Source of the DNA: Diplonema japonicum
Lineage: Eukaryota; Protista; Euglenozoa: Diplonemea
Length of the DNA stretch: 64,000 bases
Direction: 5' to 3'
NCBI GenBank assembly: GCA_964019335.1
Contig: OZ025727.1
Span: 186,001 to 250,000 of the forward strand
This document shows, in pieces, positions 43,743 through 54,028 of this stretch. A model generated the notes under the pieces. That model was not told the DNA's origin, did not search any database, and saw only the letters and a list, made by a program, of their open reading frames with translations. Each line of letters opens with the position of its first letter. Within the stretch, counting starts at the first letter, position 1. The translations under genes were made by a program, and so were the position numbers.

Positions 43743-46700
43743 ATGGCTGCCGTAGGCATGCTGAACCCGCTGCTGCCTGAGGATGAGGAGGAGGAGAGTG
43801 GGTTCGACGACAGCACACAACCTACCCTCGCTCGGATGGCATCTCTGGCTGTGTCCCTCGTAGATGCAGTCGGCGACAAGGAGGCCACACGACCGGAGCA
43901 AGGCTGGGCCCCAGCAGTCCACCTCTACCACACCTATGGCCCAACCATAGAAGCAGTTTCTATGTTCATCATACTGTGCAATACAATACTCATTACAGTG
44001 AACGCGGGGCTTCACGGTGAGGTGTCTCTTAGCAACGTTTTCATTGCTGACACCGTACTCCTTGGCCTGCAGATCATTGAGGTCATCGTCAAGGTAGCAG
44101 CTTTCCACCCCAAACAGATCTTCACCGAGTTGAAACTTTTCTGGCTCGAGATTACAATTCTTGTTGTTGCTTGCTTTCTTCACGCGTTTCTCCTCCACCC
44201 GGGGTTTCAGATTCTCCGGTCCTTCCGTCTGCTCCGTGTTCTGGACAACATAAATGTGTATTCAACATTGGTCGAAGCCTCGGCGTTGATGGCGGGGAAT
44301 ACGTTCTTCTTCTTTTTTTTTTGGATTCTGTTCGCGGTGAGCGGTATTCAAATGTTCAACAATTCCCTGAAACGAGTGTGTCAGGTTGGCGTTCCATCGC
44401 CGTACCCAACATACCACGATGTAGAGAACAGGATTGGGTACGGAACAGGTGGGATATGCTCTGACACGAATAAACTTCTAGTCGGAATGACCACCGACTG
44501 GATGGAGGTCCCTGCGGTACAATCCACCATGGACCTCAAACCAAACATGGAGTTTAAACGAATTTGTATCAACGCATCCTTATGCTTTCCAAACATAACC
44601 GTCGCACCGCAGAATCTCACCGACTACAGATTAGAGTACTACCTCACTGCACAAACAGCTTGGGACGCGTTGCAAAAACTTAAAACAGAGTTCCCGGAGT
44701 ACAAGGTGACCGCTGTAACTGATGACGATCCAGGTGGGAATCATTCCGTTGAATGGAGCACCATCTTCCCCCGGAAACCATGTAAAACCCGATCCGACTG
44801 TGCCGCTGATGGAATGGATTTTCTAGGTGAGAACGGTGATTTCGTGTATCGATGCACGGAAGACAGTGACAAGCTAGCCTACGGGTACATATCCTTCGAC
44901 ACCATCCTCGGAGCCATGCTTACTGTACTGCAAATCACAACCCTCGCCGACTGGGGGGTCGTCTCGTTCTGGTTACGCGAAGCGGAAGCCTCGTTCGTGG
45001 TACCCTTGTGGACGATGATGCTGATATGCACCATGACATTCATTGTGATAAATTTGAACATTTCGATTGTACATCAAGTCTTTGAAAAACAAGAGAAGAA
45101 ACGCGCCACCAGACAACAACCTAAACCGGAAACCAAAGAAGACTGGCTTCCATTTGAATGGCCCGGTGTTGCCTTCACAATCCTCTACGCAGTTTCAGAA
45201 TCGACTCGGTTCAAGAAGATGTCGTCTGGCCACGAAAGTGCGCTGTCGAGCATCGAAGTGACATGTCTGTCGTTTTTGACATTGGAGTTGTGCATTCGGT
45301 TTTTGCTGCTGAGGTTTCGCGGGAAGACGATTTTATCGCCGTGGAACGTGTTTGATTTGACTGTTTTTATAGCGTCGTGGTCAAACTACGCGTTGCATGG
45401 TGTGTCTTACGTTTTGATCCTTCACATGTTTCGCCTCAGCGAAGTTGTGATGCATACTGATTCGGATGAGCAGAAGCCGTTAAAACTTCTTCTTAAATGC
45501 ACAGGACGAAGCCTGCTCCCTATTGCCAACGTCGCGTTGTTTCTAATGTTCACAACCGCTATCTTCGCCGCCGTCTCCGTCCATGCTTTTTCCGGAGTTG
45601 TACCGGAGCCTCCTGAACCGTGCCCTCGTTTGTCTAACCCGTCTGGTTACGGTTGGGCTGCCGCGGAGTCTGGGGATATATGGAACACATCGTGGATGGA
45701 CGATTCAAAAGGCTGTGTAGTTCAATGCCATGCAACATGTGCTTCATATAAACCGTGGGAGGCTCCAGGACAGCAAGCATCGACAGGTGGGTCAACATGT
45801 CCGACCTGGCCGCCAGGATTGAACAACATTGCACCTCCTGAGAATTGTTCGACAGTTGGTGTTCCTTACATCAGCCCACCCGTTGCTGCTAATACGATAT
45901 CCTGCCCCGGGTGGGATCCTGAGGTGGGGACGCCTCGGCTGAATTTCAACTCATTTGGTGTGTCTGCTGTAACGCTGTTCGTGATGACTACGGGAGATGA
46001 CTGGGTGTTTCCTCTTTACAATCTGATGCACTGCAGCAGCGATGAGGTGGTCCCCGTCGCGTTGCTGTTCTTCATATCGTACTTTGTATTCACGAACTTT
46101 GTGTTGTTAAATCTGTTCACGGCGGTGGCGGTAGAACAGTTCCAGCTGACAGATGTCCTCGTCGGCAGTAAGAAAGCGAAGGAAAAACCCGATGAAGCCA
46201 CGAAGGACGTCGACGTTGATCAGTTCTTGTTGGGGTCGCGTCCGATGTCCGGAAAACGATCCATCTCACCTCCACCGCTACCCGCAAGTTCCTTGTCTAA
46301 ACCCCCGGACACAGAAGAGGACGTCGGCAACAAACAACCATGGTTCTCCCGATCGTACAACTGCTGTGTGTTCCCCCCAACGCATGTTAACGTTCTTCGG
46401 ATGAAAGAAGTCGTCCGATCCGAGTGGTTTGAACGGCTTATGATATTCTGTATATTCGGGTCATGTCTTGCTGCGTTATGGGAACCAAACAGGCCGAATA
46501 TACCACCGACCTGTGTTGGGTCATGCGTTGACCAGCACATGGAGTTTCAATTGTCTGACAGAGGGACGCTTGCACTACTCGTTATTTCTGTGATCTTCAC
46601 AGCGCTTTTTTCACTAGAAGCACTGCTCAAAATGGTGACGAATGGAATCGCCTTCGGGCCGAACACATATTTCGGGTCCCGCGACCACAGCGACAAACTC

Positions 46701-49184
46701 GACTTTTTCGTCTTGGCGTCGATGGTGTTGTCGTTGATATTCGCGGAGTACCGGTACTTAAAGATCATAAGAGCGTACCGACCGTTGAGGCTGTTCAACA
46801 AAATACAGATTTTAAAAGTGCTGGGGTCGGCTTTACGAAGATCAATGAAGCCAATTGGAATCGCGATCGGAGCAGGGCTAGCCGTGTTCTTCATATTCGG
46901 TGTGGTTGGCATGCAGCTCTTCATGGGAAAGTTCGGAAAATGCACGGACCCTTGCGTCGAAACGGTCGCATCGTGCGTTGGGAACCATGAAACAGAAATC
47001 GAGGACGAGACGATCCTGGTCCCACGGAGGTGGAAGTCGCCCCACTCTCATTTCGACCACATCGGCAGTACATTATTAACACTAAGCGAAGTGGCGTCGA
47101 TGTCTGACTGGAAGAATGTTATGTACAACGCAATGGATATCACCACAGAGGGCGTGCAGCCACGATACAATGAATCTCCAGGATACGCGCTGTACTTTAT
47201 CAGCTTCGTCTTCATGTGCGGGTTTCTTCTCGTCGCGATATTCATTAGTATAATCATGGAGAATATTAACGCAAGGCGAGGGATTCTCTTTTTAACCCCT
47301 GAACAGAACGAATGGATCCGGATTCGCAAGGATGTAGTGTTCGAGTCTCCAACGCTACATCGAGACGCGGGGACAGGGATCGGAACGAGAATAGTGTCGC
47401 ACAGATATTTCGACTGGTTCATCTCGTGTTCGGTGATCCTGAACGTGATCATTCTTGCTGTCGGGACCGATGGTGTTCTAGCGTGGGACGTGGCTGACGC
47501 GTGCTGTTTAGGAATTTTCGTTGTAGAAGCAGTTTTGAAGATCGCCGCGTTGTCGCCGGTTACATATTTCCGACAGTCGAACTGCAAGGTTGAGTTTTTA
47601 ATTGTCGTGTTGTCCGTCATCGGTACCGTACTAGATATGATCCCTGGTACAGACGACACACGTGTTATTTCCTCGATCGGCAAAGCGTCGCGGATCGCTA
47701 GGATATTCCGGCTTACAAAGTTGAACAGCACGCTGTCGATGTTTTTCGCGTCGTTTCTCAGTTCACTGCCTTCCATTGTAAACGTTTCCGCGCTTCTCGC
47801 TATTCTGTTAATGGTGTACGGATATCTTGGAGGTTACGCTTTCGGAAACGTCCGCGACCGTGAGAGCATCTACTCCCTCTGCCACTTCCGCTCCTTCGGG
47901 AAATCCTTTTTCGTAATGTTCCGCGCGTTGACGCTCGACAATTGGAACGGGATTATGTGGGACGTTGCGAAGTCATCTGGGTGTACGAAACAAAACTGGG
48001 TTCTCACACCCTCCCACCCCGAGTATGCAAGGCTATCTGCCTATGCGAATGACGACATGGAAATGTACTTCAACGACTGCGGTACACCAGCGTTTTCATT
48101 TATATTCTTCGTCAGTTTTTACATATTGGGGCATTACGTCATTCTTGACTTGGTAGTCGCTGTGGTGTTGGACTGCTTTTCGACGGTAACGCGGGACTGG
48201 GAGAGGAAGGAAAAGGAAGAGGAGCTTTGGAAGGCAGATCTCGAGATTTTCAAGGATATATGGGGGTCGATTGACAACAAGAATCTCGGAGTTGTCAACC
48301 AGCAGCAGCTTGGCGTGCTTCTCGACAGGGTAACAATACAGTGCTCAAAGTTGTCGCAAGGCGTCGTATCTGGGAACCGAACCCTCGTGGTAAAAGAACT
48401 GGAAAACCTCGCCAATAGAATTTCCCCCGTGCAGATGATGGTGTCTGCTGGTAAGGCACGGAGGCGATCTTATATGAATACAAGAGGGAAATATAAATTT
48501 GGTTTTGCAGACGTTCTTCAGGTAACAGCAATGTACAGCGTGGGCGGGTCATGGCTCACCCCGCAGGCCTTGAGACAACGCACTGCCGTCCGTTTAGAAC
48601 TGTACTGCCAGTTGTCTTGCGATGTCTTGCTGAAGTATGCTCGTGGTTTTCTCGTCAGGGCAAGGCTCCGTTCATGGCTTCGAAATTATAATGTAAAACT
48701 TTGTGGCGGTTTTCCCGACTGCAGCCACAGTGTTGCGCGTTGCCGTTGTTGGCTCCATGTTCATACGCAGGTTGGAAAGTTAAAGCGGTACAGAAAGGAG
48801 TCGTTTTACCACAATATCCAGTACAACCTTCCTCTCGTCCGGCAGGCTCCGCTGTCGTACAAAGAAACATTTTACAGGATGAAGGTGCGGAACAACCCCA
48901 ATTGGATTCCTGAGTCAGTCAGCATTCCTGAGGGATCTTTTCTTCTTCATCATTCCACTCATACTGCCACGCATTCTGTGCCTACTGTTGTTAAAGATGA
49001 TGATTCGTTGTTTGGCGATTTGGATTTACTGTGCCTGCCGGAGACGGAGGAAAGTGTGGATGAGGTCGAGATGCTGCTTATGGAACTTCTGGACAGCAAG
49101 CCTGCCAGACAGGACCGATCGCCCTCACCTGGAAAAATTGAACCAGTGAAGAAAGAGACAAATATTTTTGCAGAACTACTGTGA
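43743..49184 (+). CDS. Four-domain (4x6TM) voltage-gated Na+/Ca2+-type cation channel alpha subunit
   Basis: Four S1-S6 repeats. S4 motifs LRSFRLLR, IRAYRPLR, SRIARIFR. Pore helices TLADW, TGDDW, SMSDW, TLDNW. C-terminal EF-hand-like and IQ-like segments. The start at ATG 43743 is inferred. Confidence 0.9.
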   Translation: MAAVGMLNPLLPEDEEEESGFDDSTQPTLARMASLAVSLVDAVGDKEATRPEQGWAPAVHLYHTYGPTIEAVSMFIILCNTILITVNAGLHGEVSLSNVFIADTVLLGLQIIEVIVKVAAFHPKQIFTELKLFWLEITILVVACFLHAFLLHPGFQILRSFRLLRVLDNINVYSTLVEASALMAGNTFFFFFFWILFAVSGIQMFNNSLKRVCQVGVPSPYPTYHDVENRIGYGTGGICSDTNKLLVGMTTDWMEVPAVQSTMDLKPNMEFKRICINASLCFPNITVAPQNLTDYRLEYYLTAQTAWDALQKLKTEFPEYKVTAVTDDDPGGNHSVEWSTIFPRKPCKTRSDCAADGMDFLGENGDFVYRCTEDSDKLAYGYISFDTILGAMLTVLQITTLADWGVVSFWLREAEASFVVPLWTMMLICTMTFIVINLNISIVHQVFEKQEKKRATRQQPKPETKEDWLPFEWPGVAFTILYAVSESTRFKKMSSGHESALSSIEVTCLSFLTLELCIRFLLLRFRGKTILSPWNVFDLTVFIASWSNYALHGVSYVLILHMFRLSEVVMHTDSDEQKPLKLLLKCTGRSLLPIANVALFLMFTTAIFAAVSVHAFSGVVPEPPEPCPRLSNPSGYGWAAAESGDIWNTSWMDDSKGCVVQCHATCASYKPWEAPGQQASTGGSTCPTWPPGLNNIAPPENCSTVGVPYISPPVAANTISCPGWDPEVGTPRLNFNSFGVSAVTLFVMTTGDDWVFPLYNLMHCSSDEVVPVALLFFISYFVFTNFVLLNLFTAVAVEQFQLTDVLVGSKKAKEKPDEATKDVDVDQFLLGSRPMSGKRSISPPPLPASSLSKPPDTEEDVGNKQPWFSRSYNCCVFPPTHVNVLRMKEVVRSEWFERLMIFCIFGSCLAALWEPNRPNIPPTCVGSCVDQHMEFQLSDRGTLALLVISVIFTALFSLEALLKMVTNGIAFGPNTYFGSRDHSDKLDFFVLASMVLSLIFAEYRYLKIIRAYRPLRLFNKIQILKVLGSALRRSMKPIGIAIGAGLAVFFIFGVVGMQLFMGKFGKCTDPCVETVASCVGNHETEIEDETILVPRRWKSPHSHFDHIGSTLLTLSEVASMSDWKNVMYNAMDITTEGVQPRYNESPGYALYFISFVFMCGFLLVAIFISIIMENINARRGILFLTPEQNEWIRIRKDVVFESPTLHRDAGTGIGTRIVSHRYFDWFISCSVILNVIILAVGTDGVLAWDVADACCLGIFVVEAVLKIAALSPVTYFRQSNCKVEFLIVVLSVIGTVLDMIPGTDDTRVISSIGKASRIARIFRLTKLNSTLSMFFASFLSSLPSIVNVSALLAILLMVYGYLGGYAFGNVRDRESIYSLCHFRSFGKSFFVMFRALTLDNWNGIMWDVAKSSGCTKQNWVLTPSHPEYARLSAYANDDMEMYFNDCGTPAFSFIFFVSFYILGHYVILDLVVAVVLDCFSTVTRDWERKEKEEELWKADLEIFKDIWGSIDNKNLGVVNQQQLGVLLDRVTIQCSKLSQGVVSGNRTLVVKELENLANRISPVQMMVSAGKARRRSYMNTRGKYKFGFADVLQVTAMYSVGGSWLTPQALRQRTAVRLELYCQLSCDVLLKYARGFLVRARLRSWLRNYNVKLCGGFPDCSHSVARCRCWLHVHTQVGKLKRYRKESFYHNIQYNLPLVRQAPLSYKETFYRMKVRNNPNWIPESVSIPEGSFLLHHSTHTATHSVPTVVKDDDSLFGDLDLLCLPETEESVDEVEMLLMELLDSKPARQDRSPSPGKIEPVKKETNIFAELL

Positions 49185-50852
49185 AAAGAATACAGAACGG
49201 AAACAAAAAAAAAAAAAAAAAACAAAAAAAAAAAAAGTGTGTATCTTTTATGTTTTTTTTTTTTTTTTTTTTCCCACACCTTCGTCATTTTTTTTTCCAC
49301 TCAACTTTTTTTTGGGGGGGGGTATTTTCTTGCACTGTACGGGACAGATTATTCTGCTTTAAAAAAAAAAAGAAAAAGAAATGTGAGGGTTTCATAACTT
49401 GCACGGGTGTTATGGGAAAAAAAAAAAAAAAAAAAAAAAAAGAGAGAGAGAGAGAAAAAAAGAAAAGGAATTCTCATATTTTTTATAATTTCTTTTTTTT
49501 AAAGCAGGGAATACCCAAGTGAATGACTAAAAATGACCAAAGGGTGTTTTTAAAAAAGAAATTTAAAAAAAAAAAAGAAAAATGAATTATAAAAAAAAAA
49601 AAAAAAAAACTCACATCCAGTGGAAGAAAGAAAATTGTTTGAAACAGATAAAAAGGGGGGGGGGGGGGAACACATGGTATTGTGCTATCCGGGTTTAAAA
49701 AAAAAGAAAGAGAGGAGTGATGTGTTGATTTGCACTACAGAATGTTTACGTACCTCAAATCATATGGGACCCACATAGAAACCTGAGCAAGGTATGCCAC
49801 AGTAGAACACCAGTCCTGCTCTTCACTCCTGCTGCATCAGTTTCTACGGACTAGCGCCGTTGCTTTTGCTAGGAGGGACGAGAAAAAAGATATTTGTAAC
49901 AAAAAAAAAACAAAACAAAAAAAGAAAGGTCCAGTATTCCCTTAGTTTTTCCTCCTCCCCCCACACCTGTTCCCCTTAGTCGCCAGCCATTCCACTGGTA
50001 CCGCAACGGAAAAAAAAGAAGAAGAAGAAAAAAAAAGAAAGAAAAAAAACAACAACAAAAAAGAACAAGAAAGACATAGTGGAAATATAGATCCTTCTCC
50101 CTCCCCTCCGCTTTGTAACCGGCTGTTCTTTTGAATTGAAAGAATAGGGAAACATAAACATACCCCCCCCCCCCCCCCCCAGCGCTTGAGAATGACTTTT
50201 TTGTAAAACCAAAATAGGTTCCTTTATTTTTGGGCTGGCCTTTTCTTTGTGGGCCGCTCTTTTTTTGACTTTCTAAACGTCAGGGGAAAAAGAATTACCC
50301 CCCCCCCCCCAACCCAAAAATATGGGAAAGTTTCCCCTTGATTTCCCCCCTCCCCCCCCTTGTTTTTCTATCTTCTTTTTCTTCTTTCCTCATTTTTTCT
50401 TCGCGCTCTTGCTCAGGCAGGGGAAAAAAAAAAACAAAAATAAATAAAAAGATAATAAAACCCCTTCTTTTAATTAGACAGAAAAAAGCCAAAAAAAACA
50501 ACCATCCGATTCTAGGGCATGAAATGGTTTTGGTTGTATTTCTTTTTGTTTTCTAAACCATCCCATACTTACCCCCCTCCTATATTCTTATTAAGAACAT
50601 CACTCCCAGTGGGGTAGGAAAGATGGATAAGTAATTTCTTTTTTTTTTCTTTTGCAGTCGTTAGTTGCAAGTAGCGCCATCAAACGGAGTTCTCGGTCCC
50701 CCCCCCCCTCCCCCCTCCCTTTTTTTCCCCCACTCGATTTTTTGTTGTTTCGGTCCTACTTATCTTTCTCAAAAAACCTTGAAAATCTTATTCGTTTTCC
50801 ACCTTGTCACACCCCCCCTTTCACGATCACAAAGGAAACACACAACACGGGC

Positions 50853-51717
50853 ATGGAGCAGCAGACACCAATGCAGCTGTACGAGCATCAGGGGGTGCTG
50901 GGGTGCTCGGTCATGGGATGTATGGGTCCGTGTTCAAGGTGAAGAAGAGGAGTGACCAGACTGTGTACGCGATGAGGGTTCGGCGGGTGAAGACGAAGAG
51001 TGATGACTACTTCAACACGGGGGAGGTGTTGATGATGACTGAAGCTGCAACACGAGAATGTGGTCCCTTGCCTGGACTGCTTTGTGACCATGAAGCACGG
51101 GCAGCGGGACCTTCACATTGTGATGCCGCTTTACTGCAGCAACCTAAAAATACACGTGAAGGAGAAGAAGGGAGGCCTGTTGTCAGCAACGGAAGCAAAG
51201 CGTCTCTTGGAAGACATAGCGAAGGCAGCACCTGCACGGGGAGGGCTTCATCCACGTCGACGTGAAGCCGACCAATGTGATGGTGCAGAACAGCGGGGGC
51301 TTCGTCTTGGATCTAGGACTGGTGAGGGATTTTACGAGCGGCACCTCTTCTGGCTTCATGGCACCTGAGGTATTCAAACCCCCGTACACCAATAAGGTCG
51401 ACATGTGGGCTCTCGGGGTGACCATGTGCTGGGCTGTGTTGGAAGAAGAAAAGTTTCGCTCCCTTCAGAGGAACCTGCATGTGAAGCACGAACTTGTGAT
51501 GAGCAGATTCTTCCCGTTCCTCCAGGGACACCTTGGGGAGCCTGTTGCTCGGGTTGTCGTGAGCCTCCTCGCTGTGTCCCCCTGTGAGCGTCCCTCAGCT
51601 GCGGAGGTGGAGGTGGTGGGGAGCTCCATACACACCCCGTCACAGGTTAGCCTCAATGACGACTTGCTGCACCACGTTGAGGAGCACGGCGTACCCTCCT
51701 ACAGGGAGTACCTATAT
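50853..51717 (+). pseudogene. Ser/Thr protein kinase pseudogene (NEK-like)
   Basis: LGHGMYGSVFKV, HENVV, IHVDVKPTN, DLG, MAPE and DMWALG are spread over several frames. An 8-bp tandem duplication GGGGTGCT lies at 50892-50907. The 3' end is interrupted by a TIR element. Confidence 0.88.
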
Positions 51718-51823
51718 GAGCTCGTCCGGACGAAAATGTCAACACTTTTTTGGGCACCTCCGAAGATTTCTTGTTTTGATTATTTGAGCAAAAAAAGGGC
51801 AGCATGCAACCATAGGAAGATGA
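51718..51823. mobile_element. Left-end fragment of the ATAT TIR element, copy 3
   Basis: ATAT|GAGCTCGTCCGGACGAAAATGTCAACAC...CATAGGAAGATGA. Confidence 0.88.
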
Positions 51824-51969
51824 TGCACGCATTGATAATTGTTACACCAAACATGTTATGAAACACTTTCTTGTACCACCGTTTCGATTTAAACTCTCTT
51901 CGGAATTTGGCAAGCCAAGGACACTACACCTATTATCTACTCAAATATGAGTAGTTGGCCGCATAAGGG

Positions 51970-52613
51970 TTAAAAAGCTCTGTTTTTTCTTCTCTTTTTT
52001 TCCATCTTCTTCTTCCCCCATTGATTCCGTCTTGGTAGGGCGTTTGTCTCGAAGCTTCTAAGCTAGCACCTTCGCAACCAGGCTGTTATATTTTTAAGTT
52101 CTGTCTTTTCTCTTTTTTTTGGTATGCAGGCAGCAGGAACACGTCAGTGTCGACGGTGGAGCTGGCACTGTACTACGAGAACGTGACTGGGAAGACGCTG
52201 GAGGGAAGCTGGGGGATCTCGCAGATCAGAGAGCAAGGAGATTGCATGGACTGATGTAATTATTTTTAGATTTTCCCAATTTTCCTTGCAATGGATGAGG
52301 CAAAGGTGCAAGAGTCTTGAAGTTATTTTTTTTGATCCGAGGTACGCATTTGAAATTTGCGTTAAGCACACCGTTGATGTTATAACTGTGTTATGACTGT
52401 TTCCAGGTCTCTTTAGGTGCAAGCACCGAAGGATCTTCTCGAAACAATTTTGTGCCACCTCTTAAAAAGCTCTGTTTTTTCTTCTTCTTCCATCTTCTTC
52501 TTCCCCCATTGATTCCGTCCTGGTAGGGCGTTTAACGCCGTCTCGACGCTTCTGAACCAGCACCTTCGCAACCAGGCTGTCATATTTTTTAGTTCTGTCT
52601 TTTCTCTTTTTTT
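51970..52613. repeat. Local direct duplication (~150 bp; 51970-52120 and 52462-52613)
   Basis: AAAAGCTCTGTTTTTTCTTC...CCCCCATTGATTCCGTC...CACCTTCGCAACCAGGCTG occurs twice. Confidence 0.85.
52121..52256 (+). mobile_element. Internal fragment of LINE family A
   Basis: GGTATGCAGGCAGCAGGAACACGTCAGTGTC...GATTGCATGGACTGATG matches 37247-37389. Confidence 0.88.
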
Positions 52614-52778
52614 CCCCAGTCCACGACGGTGGGCACTAACCAGTTCCAAAATAGATCGAGTTTTTTTTTTGTTCCCTTTACTTTCTTATTCTCATTCTCC
52701 TGGTGAAACCCCCCCCTCGTTCTATTTATTGGGACAAGGCGGCACCTCCTCTTGGGTGAATGTTGGCAAGCCAGCCCC

Positions 52779-52834
52779 CTTGCTTACGGACAACACCCGA
52801 AGCAGAAACGACTTTCCCGTCACGAGGCCACCTC
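52779..52834 (+). repeat. Duplicated fragment of the 53266 ankyrin gene 3' end
   Basis: CTTGCTTACGGACA-CACCCGAAGCAGAAACGACTTTCCCGTCACGAGGCCACCTC also occurs at 53710-53765. Confidence 0.85.
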
Positions 52835-53265
52835 ACCAGGGATGTTGCGGGTTTGCGGGCTTCTTCCAACAACTCACCCCCCAAAAAAAAAAAGTTCTGA
52901 GGACTGGCAACCAAAGGAAGAAGAAAAAAAAGAAAAAAGAAAAAAAAAGCCATTAGCCAACTGTGGTAAGAGAATACCCATGTCACAAAGGTGCTAGAAC
53001 AATAACACAGGCCGACACGAAAGCACGAACGTCTCAACACACTTCCGTTGGCTCCACACAGCCCAGCTGGGTGGGGTCGGTCTGGCTAGAGGAGGTGGGA
53101 TTTAAAAAAAAAAAAGAAAAAAAAAAAAAAAACTCTTAAATACTTCTTTTTTTTTTGGTTGTTTCGGTCTTACTTATCTTTCTCAAAAAACTTGAAAGAC
53201 TTTTTTTTTTTCCCGTTTCCCCTGCTACCAAAAACCACATCTCAGGGACGGGGAAGCAAGAGGAA

Positions 53266-53799
53266 ATGGCGGATGACAGCCATTCAACAGAAATAGATAG
53301 GAGTCTGTACGAGGCCTCCAGAAAAGGGGATCTCACAGAAGTGCAAGAGCTGCTAAGTAAAGGAGCCGTAGCTGGAGGGTATACTGACTATGGTGGGCGT
53401 ACCGCTGTTCTAATGGCTGCTGAAAGGGGACACTTACAGGTAGTGAAGGTCCTAGGAGGTGTAGACATGCAGTTGTTGACCACAGATGGCGAGAGCGCGC
53501 TCACTCTAGCAGCTGCCAAAGGACACAGCAAAATGGTCGATTTCATAATTTCTACACAATCTTCCCCTGTCCCTCCCGCACAACTTGTTTCCCCTTTATC
53601 CATAGCCTCCTACAATGGCCACCACTCTACTGTAAGGCTCCTCATCGAGACCCACAATGCCCCCCCGACTGCCCCGGATGCAGACGGCGTAACTCCTTTT
53701 CAAAACTCCCTTGCTTACGGACACCACCCGAAGCAGAAACGACTTTCCCGTCACGAGGCCACCTCCAGGTACCTGTCTCAGTTTAACCCCAAACTTTAA
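53266..53799 (+). CDS. Short ankyrin-repeat protein (~4-5 repeats)
   Basis: LYEASRKGD, GRTAVLMAAERGH, GESALTLAAAKGH, SPLSIASYNGH. Confidence 0.8.
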   Translation: MADDSHSTEIDRSLYEASRKGDLTEVQELLSKGAVAGGYTDYGGRTAVLMAAERGHLQVVKVLGGVDMQLLTTDGESALTLAAAKGHSKMVDFIISTQSSPVPPAQLVSPLSIASYNGHHSTVRLLIETHNAPPTAPDADGVTPFQNSLAYGHHPKQKRLSRHEATSRYLSQFNPKL

Positions 53800-54028
53800 A
53801 AGAAGAAGAGATTTAAAGAATTTAAAAAGAAAAGAGAAGAACTTTAGGGGGTTGGCTGCTTCTGCTTTCCCCTGTTCGCAGCAGTTAATACTTCGGTTCA
53901 GTCTGAACTCTTCTTCCCACCTTTCTTTTCACCAGCAGCAGCACGTTTCTTTCGAATCCTTTTCTATTCGTTCCTCACCTTGTCACACCCCCCCTCTCAC
54001 AACCACAAAAGAAACACACAACACGGGC

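Noticed and set aside
52260-52650. Minus-strand ORF-like remnant (MTAWLRRCWFRS...)
   Set aside because: It is fragmented, with no recognisable motif. Recorded only as a local duplication.
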